This document shows positions 46,676 to 56,001 of a stretch of 64,000 bases of DNA, piece after piece. Within the stretch, counting starts at the first letter, position 1. Every line of letters starts with the position of its first letter. Location of the stretch: assembly GCA_963770895.1 (NCBI GenBank), contig CAVYRF010000002.1, positions 4,608,001-4,672,000 of the forward strand, read 5' to 3'. The notes below the pieces were generated by a model, which searched no databases, had not been told where the DNA came from, and was given only the letters and a program-made list of their open reading frames with translations. Source of the stretch: an uncultured Acidobacteriota bacterium (lineage in GTDB: Bacteria > Acidobacteriota > Thermoanaerobaculia > Multivoradales > UBA5704). The translations under genes were made by a program, and so were the position numbers.

Positions 46676-47045
46676 CTACGAAACCATCGAGTCCGGCGCC
46701 ACGGCGTTGCAGCGCCTGGGGGAGCGGGCAGCCGCCGTCGCCGGCCGCGTGCTGCGCGCCGCCGGCGAGCGCCCGCGCGCGGTGGGCGGGGCCTGCCTGG
46801 CGGCCGGTTTCTTGATCGGCTTCGCCCTGCCGGCCACTCGCCGCGAAGACGAGCTGCTGGGCGCCTCCCGCGACGAGGTGCTGGAGCGGGCGCGGGCCGC
46901 GGGCCGCGAGGTGGCGGCGGCGGGCCGCTCGGCGGGGCGTCAGATCGTGCGCGAGGCGGCCGAGACGTTGCGCGCCGCCCAGGCCGACCTGGCGAGTTCG
47001 CTCGCCGCCGAGCCCGATCTGCCACCGCCGCCGCAGCTGATGTAG
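46665..47045 (+). CDS. Small membrane protein resembling the C-terminal part of DUF3618-type proteins
   Basis: RBS GGAGGT; P.AVG...LAAG.LIG.ALPATRREDELLG.SRD. Confidence 0.6.
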   Translation: MRPDYETIESGATALQRLGERAAAVAGRVLRAAGERPRAVGGACLAAGFLIGFALPATRREDELLGASRDEVLERARAAGREVAAAGRSAGRQIVREAAETLRAAQADLASSLAAEPDLPPPPQLM

Positions 47046-47048
47046 CGC

Positions 47049-48110
47049 TCAGTCGTCGATCAGGCTTTCGAAGCGCGCCTTGTTGGTGGCCTTCATGTAG
47101 GCCTCGCGCGGGGTGACGCGCTTGGCGTCGACCAGCGCGCCCAGGGCGTCGTCCATCAGCTGCATGCCGGCGGCGCGGCCGCCTTGCATGATGGTCTGGA
47201 TCATCGGGGTGTTGCCCTCGCGGATGACGTTGGGCAGCCCCGCGGTCTTGAGCAGGATCTCATTGACGGCGCAGCGCCCGCGACCGTCGGCGGTGCGCAG
47301 CAGCAGCTGCGAGACCACGGCCGCCAGCGATTCGGCGAGCGTGGTGCGCACCTGGGCCTGCTCGTCCGCCGGGAAGGCGTCGATCAGGCGGTCGATGGTG
47401 TTGGCGGCGCCGTTGGTGTGCAGGGTGCCGAACACCACGGCGCCCATTTCGGCGGCGGTGATGGCGAGCGAAATGGTTTCCAGGTCGCGCATCTCGCCCA
47501 CCAGGATGACGTCGGCGTCCTGCCGGATGGCGGCTCGCAGCGCGGCGCTGAAGCTTTCGGTGTCGGCGCCGACCTCGCGCTGCGAGAAGCGGCACAGCTT
47601 GTCGCGGTGCACGAACTCGATGGGATCTTCGATCGTGACGATGTGCTTGCTGTAGGTGGAGTTGATGCGGTCGATGACCGCCGCCAGGGTGGTGGACTTG
47701 CCGGAGCCGGTGGGGCCGGTGACCAGGATGAGCCCCGAGCGCAGGTGCGCCAGCCCTTCGATGGCCTTGGGCAGGCCCAGCTCTTCGAGCGAGATGATGC
47801 TTTCGGGGATCATGCGGAACACGGCGCCGGCGCCGTTCTGCTGGTAGAAGTAGTTGCAGCGGAAGCGCGCGACGCCGGGGATGCCGTGGGCGAAGTCCAG
47901 GTCGTGGGTGTCTTCGAAGTCCCGCCACTGCGCTTCGGTGGTGATCTCGCTGAGCAGCGCCAGCAGCAGCGCCGGTTCGAGCACCGGCCACTGCGGCACG
48001 GCTTCCAGGGCGCCGTTGCGCCGGATGCGCGGCTCGCGTCCGGCGGCAAGGTGAAGGTCCGAGCCGCGGTGATCCTTCACATAGATCAGCAGGTCTTGCA
48101 GATTGGCCAT
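47049..48110 (-). CDS. pilT: Type IV pilus retraction ATPase, PilT family
   Basis: GSDLHL, GPTGSGKSTT, TIEDPIEF, ILVGEMRD, GTLHT; start MANLQDLL at 48110. Confidence 0.9.
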   Translation of the reverse strand: MANLQDLLIYVKDHRGSDLHLAAGREPRIRRNGALEAVPQWPVLEPALLLALLSEITTEAQWRDFEDTHDLDFAHGIPGVARFRCNYFYQQNGAGAVFRMIPESIISLEELGLPKAIEGLAHLRSGLILVTGPTGSGKSTTLAAVIDRINSTYSKHIVTIEDPIEFVHRDKLCRFSQREVGADTESFSAALRAAIRQDADVILVGEMRDLETISLAITAAEMGAVVFGTLHTNGAANTIDRLIDAFPADEQAQVRTTLAESLAAVVSQLLLRTADGRGRCAVNEILLKTAGLPNVIREGNTPMIQTIMQGGRAAGMQLMDDALGALVDAKRVTPREAYMKATNKARFESLIDD

Positions 48111-48142
48111 GGTGGTTTGCTTCGCGGACGCTGGCGGCCTTG

Positions 48143-49645
48143 CTAGGGCGGCAGCTTGGACGGGTCCTCGGCCTGCAGCAACGCCTCCTCGCGCGAGACG
48201 ATGCGGCGCTTCACCAGGTCGGCGAGCGAGGCGTCGAGCTGGATCATGCCGTGCGACACGCCGGTCTGCAGGATGGAGCGGATCTGAAAGGTTTTGTTTT
48301 CGCGGATCAGGTTGCTGACCGCCTTGGTGATCATGAGGATTTCCAGCGCCGGCACGCGGCCGTTGCCGTCGAGACGCGGCAGCAGCCGTTGCGACACCAC
48401 GGCGCGCAGCGATTCCGAGATCATGGTGCGCATCTGCGCCTGCTGGTTGGGCGGGAAGACGCCGAGCATGCGGTTGATGGTGCGGATCGAATTGTTGGTG
48501 TGCAGCGTCGCCAGCACCAGGTGGCCGGTTTCGGCGGCGGTGACGGCCAGGCTGATGGTTTCCAGGTCGCGCAGCTCGCCGATGGCGATCACGTCGGGGT
48601 CCTCGCGCAGGGCGGCGCGCAGGGCGCGCGCGAACGACTGGGTATGCGGCCCGACCTGGCGCTGGTTGACGGCGCACATGCGCGATACGTGAATGGTTTC
48701 GATCGGGTCTTCGACCGTGATGATGTGGTCGCTGCGGGTGCGGTTGACGATGTCGATGAGCGCCGCCATGGTGGCGGACTTGCCGCACCCCGCCGGGCCG
48801 GTGATCAGCACCATGCCCTGGTGGTAGTCGGCCAGGCGGGCGAGCGACTCGGGCATGCCGAGCGCCTGCAGGGTCGGCGGCTCTTCCGGGATGGCGCGGA
48901 ACACCGCGTCCAGCCCGCGCTGCTGGCGGTAGGCGTTGGCGCGGAAGCGGGCGCGGCCGGGCATGTTGTAGGCCAGGTCCACCTGGCCGTGGCGGTTGAG
49001 GCGCGCGCGCTGGTCGTCGTTGAGGATCTCGTCGATCAGGCGCGCCGCGACGTCGGGCGCCAGCGGCTGCGGCCCCAGGTCGGAAATGCGGCCGTTGATG
49101 CGCACGCCGATCGGCGATCCGCAGTGGAAGTGCACGTCGCTCGCGCCGCGCGCGATCGCCTCGAGCAGCACGCCGTCGATCTGCCGGGCGCCGCCCGAGA
49201 ACACCGGCAGCGCGCCCGTTGCAGGCGTGGCGCGCGTGGCGGCAGGGGTGCCGAAGGCGGCGAGCGGCGGCAGGGTGGCGCCGCCCTCGGGGCTGATCGC
49301 GGGGCCGATCGCCCCCGGTGCGGCGGTGATCAGCGGGGTTGCCGAGGTCGCCGGCGTCGCGGGCGCGGCCGCGGGCGGCGGTGCGGCGGGCACTTCGACC
49401 AGCTGCGGCGTGGCGTGGGCCGCCGCCTGCTGGCGCCGCTTTTCGAGGTATTCGTGCTGCACGATCTGCAGCTGCTCGACCTGGCGCTGGGTCAGGTAGC
49501 CCATCTCCACCAGGATGTCGGGCAGCTGGCGGCGGCCGCCGGCCAGCGCGTGCAGGGCGTGCACCTGGTCGAGCTGGCTGGGCGTGATCAGCTTGTAGTG
49601 CAGGGCCAGACGGCCGAACAGCAGTTCGTCTTGCCCGGATGCCAT
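48143..49645 (-). CDS. pilT: PilT/PilU-family ATPase with an N-terminal MshEN-like domain and Pro/Ala linker
   Basis: ASDVH, GPAGCGKS, TVEDPIE, ALREDPD..IGELRD, GHLVLATLH, AVSNLIRE; N-terminal LFGRLAL..KLIT..QL and LPDILVEMGYLT. Confidence 0.85.
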   Translation of the reverse strand: MASGQDELLFGRLALHYKLITPSQLDQVHALHALAGGRRQLPDILVEMGYLTQRQVEQLQIVQHEYLEKRRQQAAAHATPQLVEVPAAPPPAAAPATPATSATPLITAAPGAIGPAISPEGGATLPPLAAFGTPAATRATPATGALPVFSGGARQIDGVLLEAIARGASDVHFHCGSPIGVRINGRISDLGPQPLAPDVAARLIDEILNDDQRARLNRHGQVDLAYNMPGRARFRANAYRQQRGLDAVFRAIPEEPPTLQALGMPESLARLADYHQGMVLITGPAGCGKSATMAALIDIVNRTRSDHIITVEDPIETIHVSRMCAVNQRQVGPHTQSFARALRAALREDPDVIAIGELRDLETISLAVTAAETGHLVLATLHTNNSIRTINRMLGVFPPNQQAQMRTMISESLRAVVSQRLLPRLDGNGRVPALEILMITKAVSNLIRENKTFQIRSILQTGVSHGMIQLDASLADLVKRRIVSREEALLQAEDPSKLPP

Positions 49646-49799
49646 GGCGCGAACTCTATCCCAGGAGCGCGCGGCGTGGGGCTCCCCGCGAGGCGGGCGC
49701 GGCCTGCTGTCCCGGAGCCGGCCGCGCCCGGCACAGTGGTAACGTAAGGTTCGATCTCGCGCTTTTTTCTCAATCTCAATCCAGGCAGACCGGGAGGCA

Positions 49800-52244
49800 A
49801 TGCAGATGGCCGAGCGGCACGAGCACCACGATGCGACGCAAGCGACGGGGGCGTCCCGCGCGATCTCCGCCGCCGGCGCACCCGCAGGGCGGACTCCCGA
49901 AGGCGGCGTGCCGCGCGGCGGGCAGGCATGGCCGGGGCAGGCCGGCGGCGCCAGCGCGCTGTCCCTGCTGCTGGTGTTGCTCGCCCTCACCCTGCTGTTG
50001 GTGATCGTCCGCCACAATCCGCCGGACCCGGCGCCGGCCAGCTCGCTCGCCAGCGAGTATTCGGGTGAGCGGGCGCGCCAGGTGTTGAGCCAGCTGGTGG
50101 GCGACGGCCAGCCGCACCCGGCGGGCAGCGCCGCCGACGACCGGGTGCGCCAGCAGATCCTGGCCATCCTGACGCAGAACGGCTACCAGCCGCACGTCGA
50201 AGAGGGTTTTGCCTGTCATCCCACCGGCGCGTGCGCCCACGTGCGCAACGTCGTGGCGCGCCTGGACGGGCGCGAGCCCGGCTCGGCCGTGGCACTGGCC
50301 GCCCACTACGACTCGGTGGGCGCCGGTCCCGGCGCCAGCGACGACCTGGCCGGCGTGGCGGCCATCCTGGAGATCGCGCGCGCCCTCAAGGCCACGGCCC
50401 CGCCGCGCCATTCGATCCTGATGCTGCTCGACGAAGGCGAGGAGACGGGGCTGCTGGGCGCCGCGGTGTTCGAAGATTCGGGTCCGGAGCACGACGACGT
50501 CAAGGCGGTGGTCAACCTGGAGGCGCGCGGCGCCAACGGACCCAGCTACATGTTCGAAACCAGCGGTGAGAACGCCTGGTTGATCGACAGCTGGGCGCCC
50601 CACGCCGAGCGGCCGGTGACCACGTCGCTGGCGGCGTTTCTCTACACGCTGCTGCCCAACGACACCGACCTGACCGTGTTCCGCCAGCATCGCGTCGCCG
50701 GCCTCAACTTCGCCTTCATCGGCGGCGCCCCCTTCTACCACACGCCGTACGACAACCTTGCCAACTCCTCGCCGGCCAGCCTGCAGCACCAGGGGGCCAA
50801 TGCGATGGCCGCGATCACCGGCCTGGCGGGCGCCGACATCGATCACCCGCGGCGCGGCAACCTGGTGTTCTTCGACGTGCTCAGCATGGGTGTGGTGCGC
50901 TGGCCGGTCGGCTGGTGCCTGTGGATGGCGGTCCTGGCCCTGGTGGTGCTCATCGGCACGATCGTGGCGGCGGTGCGCGCCCGCGCGCTGAGCGGCAGCG
51001 ACCTGGTGCTGGGCCTGCTGGTGGTGCCGGTGACGTTGCTCGTCACCACGCTGGCTGCCTTCGGCATCTCGCTGGGGCTCGGGGCCACCGGCGCCTTCGC
51101 TGCCGTCTTGTGGCTGGCGCATCCGCTGCCCGCCCTGGCGGCGTTCTGGCTGCTCGGCCTTGCCGTGGTGGCGGCGCTGGCGATCGCGCTCGGCCGCCGT
51201 GGCGAGCCGCTGGGGCTGTGGGCGGGCGTATGGACCTGGTGGGCGCTGCTGGCGCTGGTGCTGTCGGTGGTGGCGCCGGCCACCAGCTATCTGTTCGCCC
51301 TGCCGGCACTGATCGCCGCCGTGTGCGGCGCGGCCTTCGGCATCTGGCGCGTGCAGCCGGCCGGCGCCGAGCCCACTCCGCCCGGCGTCGCCTTGGCGGT
51401 GATCGTGCCGAGCGTGGTGGCGGCGCTGCTCTGGTTCAGCGTCCTGCCCGCGATCTATGCGGGCATCGGCGTGCCGGTGCTGCCGGTGATCTCGGCCCTG
51501 GTCGCGATCGCCCTGACCACCGCGGCGCCGCTGATCACGGCCGGCGGCACGCTCGGCCGGCGCCTGTGGCAGCCGGCACTGGCGTTGACCCTGGTGGCGG
51601 TGGTGGTGGCGCTGCCGCAACCGCGCTACTCGCCGTCGTCGCCGCAGCGCACGACCTTGGTCTTCTTCCAGGATGCCGACGCGGCCAAGGCCAGGTGGGT
51701 GGTGGGCAGCCAGGGGCCGGTCCCGGCGGCGGTCCTGCAGGCCGCATCGTTCGGAAAACCCGGTCCTGCCTTCCCCTGGTCGCAGGCGAGCGCGCTCACC
51801 CGCTGCGCTGACGCTCCGTCGCTCGCCGCCGCGACCGGTCCCGAGCTGCAGCTGCTGGGCAGCTCCGTCGTCGACGGCAAGCGCCACGTGAAGCTGCGGC
51901 TGATCTCGCACCGCGACGCTCGCTCCATCACCCTCTGGGTGCCGGCCGCGGCGCGCGTCTCGTCGGTCGCCATCGACGGCCACGAGGTGCCCGCCAGCGG
52001 CTCCAAGTCCGCGCCCAGCTTCAACGCCGGCGACTGGCGCTCGTTCAGCGACGTCACCCTGGCGCCGGCCGGCTGCCAGGTCGAAGTGGTCCTCGACGAC
52101 CTGGCGACGCACGACTGGTACGTCGTCGACAGCACCCCCGGCCTGCCTGCCGGCGGCGCCGCCCTGATCGCCGCGCGGCCCCCGTCGGCGGTGCCGATGC
52201 AGAACGGCGACGTCACCCTGGTGGCGCACAAGGCGGCCATCTAA
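49800..52244 (+). CDS. Membrane-bound M28 family metallopeptidase (ERMP1-like)
   Basis: AHYDSV, GASDD.AGV, GEETGLLGA, NLEARG..GP, PNDTD, YHTPYD, followed by multiple TM helices. Confidence 0.9.
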   Translation: MQMAERHEHHDATQATGASRAISAAGAPAGRTPEGGVPRGGQAWPGQAGGASALSLLLVLLALTLLLVIVRHNPPDPAPASSLASEYSGERARQVLSQLVGDGQPHPAGSAADDRVRQQILAILTQNGYQPHVEEGFACHPTGACAHVRNVVARLDGREPGSAVALAAHYDSVGAGPGASDDLAGVAAILEIARALKATAPPRHSILMLLDEGEETGLLGAAVFEDSGPEHDDVKAVVNLEARGANGPSYMFETSGENAWLIDSWAPHAERPVTTSLAAFLYTLLPNDTDLTVFRQHRVAGLNFAFIGGAPFYHTPYDNLANSSPASLQHQGANAMAAITGLAGADIDHPRRGNLVFFDVLSMGVVRWPVGWCLWMAVLALVVLIGTIVAAVRARALSGSDLVLGLLVVPVTLLVTTLAAFGISLGLGATGAFAAVLWLAHPLPALAAFWLLGLAVVAALAIALGRRGEPLGLWAGVWTWWALLALVLSVVAPATSYLFALPALIAAVCGAAFGIWRVQPAGAEPTPPGVALAVIVPSVVAALLWFSVLPAIYAGIGVPVLPVISALVAIALTTAAPLITAGGTLGRRLWQPALALTLVAVVVALPQPRYSPSSPQRTTLVFFQDADAAKARWVVGSQGPVPAAVLQAASFGKPGPAFPWSQASALTRCADAPSLAAATGPELQLLGSSVVDGKRHVKLRLISHRDARSITLWVPAAARVSSVAIDGHEVPASGSKSAPSFNAGDWRSFSDVTLAPAGCQVEVVLDDLATHDWYVVDSTPGLPAGGAALIAARPPSAVPMQNGDVTLVAHKAAI

Positions 52245-52383
52245 CGTCGCGCTGCAAGATGATTTGACGATGAGGCATCCGTATGCGTTAAAATAAAAAG
52301 AACCAGTGATTGCTGAGGAGACATCGGCGACGGCTGCCGCGAGTCAGGGTCGCGCCGCAGGGCCGAGAGGGCATAGGGGCGCC

Positions 52384-55300
52384 ATGAGGTTTGGCATACC
52401 GCGGTTGCTGCTGGGCGTGATCTTGCTGGCGGTGGTCGCAGCGGGCGGCGGGGCGGCGCAGGCCCAGACCGCCTACCTGGTGACGGATCTGAGCCCGGGA
52501 GAAGGCGGCGGCGCCGGCTCCAACCCGGTCGCCCTCATGCCGGCGGGCAACCGCCTGTTCTTTATCGCCGAGCCCTCGGATGGCATTCAGGGGTTTGGAA
52601 CGGCGGAACTGTGGGTCACCGACGGCACCGCGGCAGGCACCCAGCGCCTGCCGGCACCGTGCGCCGGGATCCTCTGCGGTCTCTCGTTCGTGGCCAGCCT
52701 GGGCAATCTCCTGTTCTACATCGACGACTCGCAGCTCTGGCGCTCCGACGGCACGCGAGCCGGCACCTTCCTGCTTACGGATGCCGTGGGGGGCGGCTAT
52801 CCCACCTACCCCAGCCCGTTCGCGGTGCTCGGCGGAGTGCTGTACTTCATCACCTACCAATACGAGCACTCGTCCCCGGAGCCCTCGGAGCAGCTGTGGC
52901 GCTCCGACGGCACGGTTGCCGGGACCTACCTGGTCGCCGACGTCGGACCGGGTCTGTACTTCTTCCATCAGGACGTGCTGGTCGTCGCCGGGAACAAGGT
53001 GTTCTTCGCGGCACCGCTCGACACCGGGGAGGCCCTCTGGTCGAGCGACGGCACCGCGCAGGGCACCGCACCGGTGACCTCTCAGCAGCAGGCACCGGCG
53101 CTGCTGACCGCGGCCGGCGGCCGGGTGTTCTTCGTCACCGCGGCGCCCGGCTCGCCGAGCGCGCTGTGGGTGAGCGACGGCAGCGCGGGCGGCACGCGAT
53201 CGGTCAGCCCGGCGCCCGGCGCCCTCTGGATTGCCGCCACCGGCGACGATGTGATCTTCGCCGCGCCGGACGCCGCTCAACTGCCGCAGATCTGGCAGAG
53301 CGACGGCACGCCGGCCGGCACTCGGCAGGTCACCTCCGGGAGCGGCTTCGGCCTGCTGAACGACCCTGCCCAGGTCGCGGCGATCGGTGCCCGGCTGGTC
53401 TTCGTGGGCGCTGGCAAGCTGTGGGCCGCCGCCCTCGGGTCCACCGGACCACCCACCAGCCTCTGCGGCGCCGGCGGTTGCGGTCCGCTCGACCAGTACA
53501 CGCGGTTGTCGAATCTCGGTAGCCGCGTCGCCTTCCTCGACGGCAGCTCCGACGCCGGCTATGGGCTGTGGGCCAGCGATGGCACCCCGGCAGGCACTCT
53601 GCAGCTTGAGGAGGCCTGTCCAGGCTTCTGCTTCTCACCGCCGCTGGCGACCCAGGCGGGCAACGCCCTGTTCTTCGGCGTGGCGGACGGCAATCAAGAT
53701 TTCGATCAGCTGTGGCGCAGCGACGGCACGCCGGCGGGCACCGGCCGCTTCGCCGCCCCGCTGCTGAGCAGCGAAGTCACGGCTCCTCCCGTGGTGGCGG
53801 TGCTGCAGAACAACGTCTTCTTCGCCGCCACCGACGGCACCGGCAACTCCTCCTTTCCCCCCTACGAGCTCTGGGAGAGCGACGGCACCCCGGCAGGAGC
53901 GCGCCAGCTCACCGACGCCACCGACCCGCTGAGCTCTTCGCCCTCCAACCTGACGGCGATCGGCGACCAGGTGTTCTTCACGGCCACTGCCGATCTCACC
54001 GTCTGGCGCAGTGCCGGCACCGCCGCCAGCACGCAGATGCTGCCGGTTTCGCCGGTGGCGGGCGCCCCTGTGGTGGCCGGCTTCGGCGGTGTCGTGTTCG
54101 TCAGCGCCTCCGGCGGCCCGCTGCAGCTCTGGCGGTCCGACGGGACGGCCGCCGGCTCGGTGCAGCTGACCGACTTCAGCTCGGCACTCGCGCCGTCCCA
54201 GACGGTCGCCCCGGTCGCCGCCGGCGGGCAGGTGTACTTCCTGGCCATCCTCGACTCCGGTGGCGGTTCCATCTGGAAGAGCGACGGCACCCCGGCGGGG
54301 ACGGTGTTATGGCTCGAGCTGCCGGCAGCGATCTCCCAGGTGACGGGACTGGCGGTTGCCGGCAACGATCTCTATATCGTGACCGGCGGCGCGGGTGTGT
54401 GGAAAAGCGACGGCACGCTGGGCGGGACGGTGCAGCTGACCCCCTTCCCAGCTCCTGTGCCGGTCGGCGGCGCTCCCACCTTCCTGGCGCTCGACGGCCT
54501 GGTCTACTTCGTCGCCACGGACGAGCAGGACAACGCCAGCACGCATCTCTATCGAACCGACGGCACGGCGGCCGGCACCGCCGTGGTGCAGGCGGGCGCG
54601 GTCTCGTTCGGCGACGTCACCGACCTGCTCGGCGTCGGCGGGACGCTCTACTTCTTCGCCGACGCGCCCGACTTCTCGAGCCGCGACCTCTGGCGCACCG
54701 ACGGCACCGCGGCGGGCACCCAGGTTCTGGGCAAGTTCAGCGACGGCATCGGTGGCGAGCGGCTGCCGGGCGGTCTGATCCTCTTCGGCAACGGTCTGGC
54801 CTTCTACGCCGACGACGACGTGCACGGCTCGGAGCTGTGGGTCTCCGACGGCACCGCCGCCGGCACCCGGTTGGTCAGCGACATCCAGCCGGGCAGCCTG
54901 GGCTCCAACCCGAGCGGCCTGGCCGCGGCCGGTGCGCGGCTGTACTTCGCGGCCGACGACGGCATCCACGGCAACGAGCTGTGGGAGAGCGACGGCACCG
55001 CGGCGGGCACCCGCCTGGTGCAGGACATCAACCCCGGCCCCGCCCCCTCGAACCCGTCGGGGATGATCGCCGCCGGCAGCCTGCTGTTCTGGAGCGCCGA
55101 CGACGGCCTCACCGGCCAGGAGCTGTGGGCGCTGCCGCTCGCCGGTCCCGCGGGGTGCGCGCCTGGGGCGACGGCCCTCTGCCTGGCCGGCAACCGCTTC
55201 AAGGTCGAGGCGTTCTGGCGCGACTTCCAGGGCAACAGCGGCGCCGGCCAGGCCAAGCCGTTGACCGGCGACACCGGCACCTTCTGGTTCTTCAGCCCGG

Positions 55301-56001
55301 ACAATGTCGAGGTGGTCGTCAAGGTCCTGGACGGCAGGGCGATCGACGGCGACTTCTGGGTGTTCTACGGCGCGCTCTCGAACGTCGAGTACTCGATCAC
55401 CGTCACCGACACCGTGACCGGCCTGACCAAGCGCTACCTCAACCCCCTGGGCGAGCTGGCGAGCGTCGGCGACACCACCGCCTTCGGCCCCACGGGAGCC
55501 ACCGCGATCGGCGGGACGCCGGCAGGGACGGCGGCCACGCCGGCGCAGCAGGCGGCCGGGCTGGCCGGCACGTCCAGGCAGGCGCCTGGAGCGAGCGCGA
55601 CCAGGACCGTGACCGCCGCCAGATCCGCCATGCCCGCGCCCGAAGCGCCCGAGGCGGCCGGCGGCAGCTGCCAGCCGGGGCCGCTGCAGCTGTGCCTGAA
55701 CGGCGGCCGCTTCGCGGTGAGGGCGCGCTGGACGGACTTCAACGGCAACAGCGGCGTCGGCAGCGCGGTCGGGCTCAGCGGCGAGACCGGATACTTCTGG
55801 TTCTTCAGCGCCGGCAATGTCGAGACGGTGCTGAAGGTGATCGACGGGCGCAGCGTGAACGGCCACTTCTGGGTGTTCTACGGCGCGCTGTCGGACGTGC
55901 AGTACACGCTGATCGTCACCGACACCAGGACCGGCTTGAAGAAGACCTACACCAATCCGGCCGGCCAGTTCGCCAGCGTCGCCGACACCGCGGCGTTCTG
56001 A
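52384..56001 (+). CDS. Secreted ELWxxDGT-repeat beta-propeller protein with two C-terminal 'LCLxxxRF' domains
   Basis: Signal peptide from ATG 52384; many LW.(S/T)DGT..GT repeats. Confidence 0.9.
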   Translation: MRFGIPRLLLGVILLAVVAAGGGAAQAQTAYLVTDLSPGEGGGAGSNPVALMPAGNRLFFIAEPSDGIQGFGTAELWVTDGTAAGTQRLPAPCAGILCGLSFVASLGNLLFYIDDSQLWRSDGTRAGTFLLTDAVGGGYPTYPSPFAVLGGVLYFITYQYEHSSPEPSEQLWRSDGTVAGTYLVADVGPGLYFFHQDVLVVAGNKVFFAAPLDTGEALWSSDGTAQGTAPVTSQQQAPALLTAAGGRVFFVTAAPGSPSALWVSDGSAGGTRSVSPAPGALWIAATGDDVIFAAPDAAQLPQIWQSDGTPAGTRQVTSGSGFGLLNDPAQVAAIGARLVFVGAGKLWAAALGSTGPPTSLCGAGGCGPLDQYTRLSNLGSRVAFLDGSSDAGYGLWASDGTPAGTLQLEEACPGFCFSPPLATQAGNALFFGVADGNQDFDQLWRSDGTPAGTGRFAAPLLSSEVTAPPVVAVLQNNVFFAATDGTGNSSFPPYELWESDGTPAGARQLTDATDPLSSSPSNLTAIGDQVFFTATADLTVWRSAGTAASTQMLPVSPVAGAPVVAGFGGVVFVSASGGPLQLWRSDGTAAGSVQLTDFSSALAPSQTVAPVAAGGQVYFLAILDSGGGSIWKSDGTPAGTVLWLELPAAISQVTGLAVAGNDLYIVTGGAGVWKSDGTLGGTVQLTPFPAPVPVGGAPTFLALDGLVYFVATDEQDNASTHLYRTDGTAAGTAVVQAGAVSFGDVTDLLGVGGTLYFFADAPDFSSRDLWRTDGTAAGTQVLGKFSDGIGGERLPGGLILFGNGLAFYADDDVHGSELWVSDGTAAGTRLVSDIQPGSLGSNPSGLAAAGARLYFAADDGIHGNELWESDGTAAGTRLVQDINPGPAPSNPSGMIAAGSLLFWSADDGLTGQELWALPLAGPAGCAPGATALCLAGNRFKVEAFWRDFQGNSGAGQAKPLTGDTGTFWFFSPDNVEVVVKVLDGRAIDGDFWVFYGALSNVEYSITVTDTVTGLTKRYLNPLGELASVGDTTAFGPTGATAIGGTPAGTAATPAQQAAGLAGTSRQAPGASATRTVTAARSAMPAPEAPEAAGGSCQPGPLQLCLNGGRFAVRARWTDFNGNSGVGSAVGLSGETGYFWFFSAGNVETVLKVIDGRSVNGHFWVFYGALSDVQYTLIVTDTRTGLKKTYTNPAGQFASVADTAAF

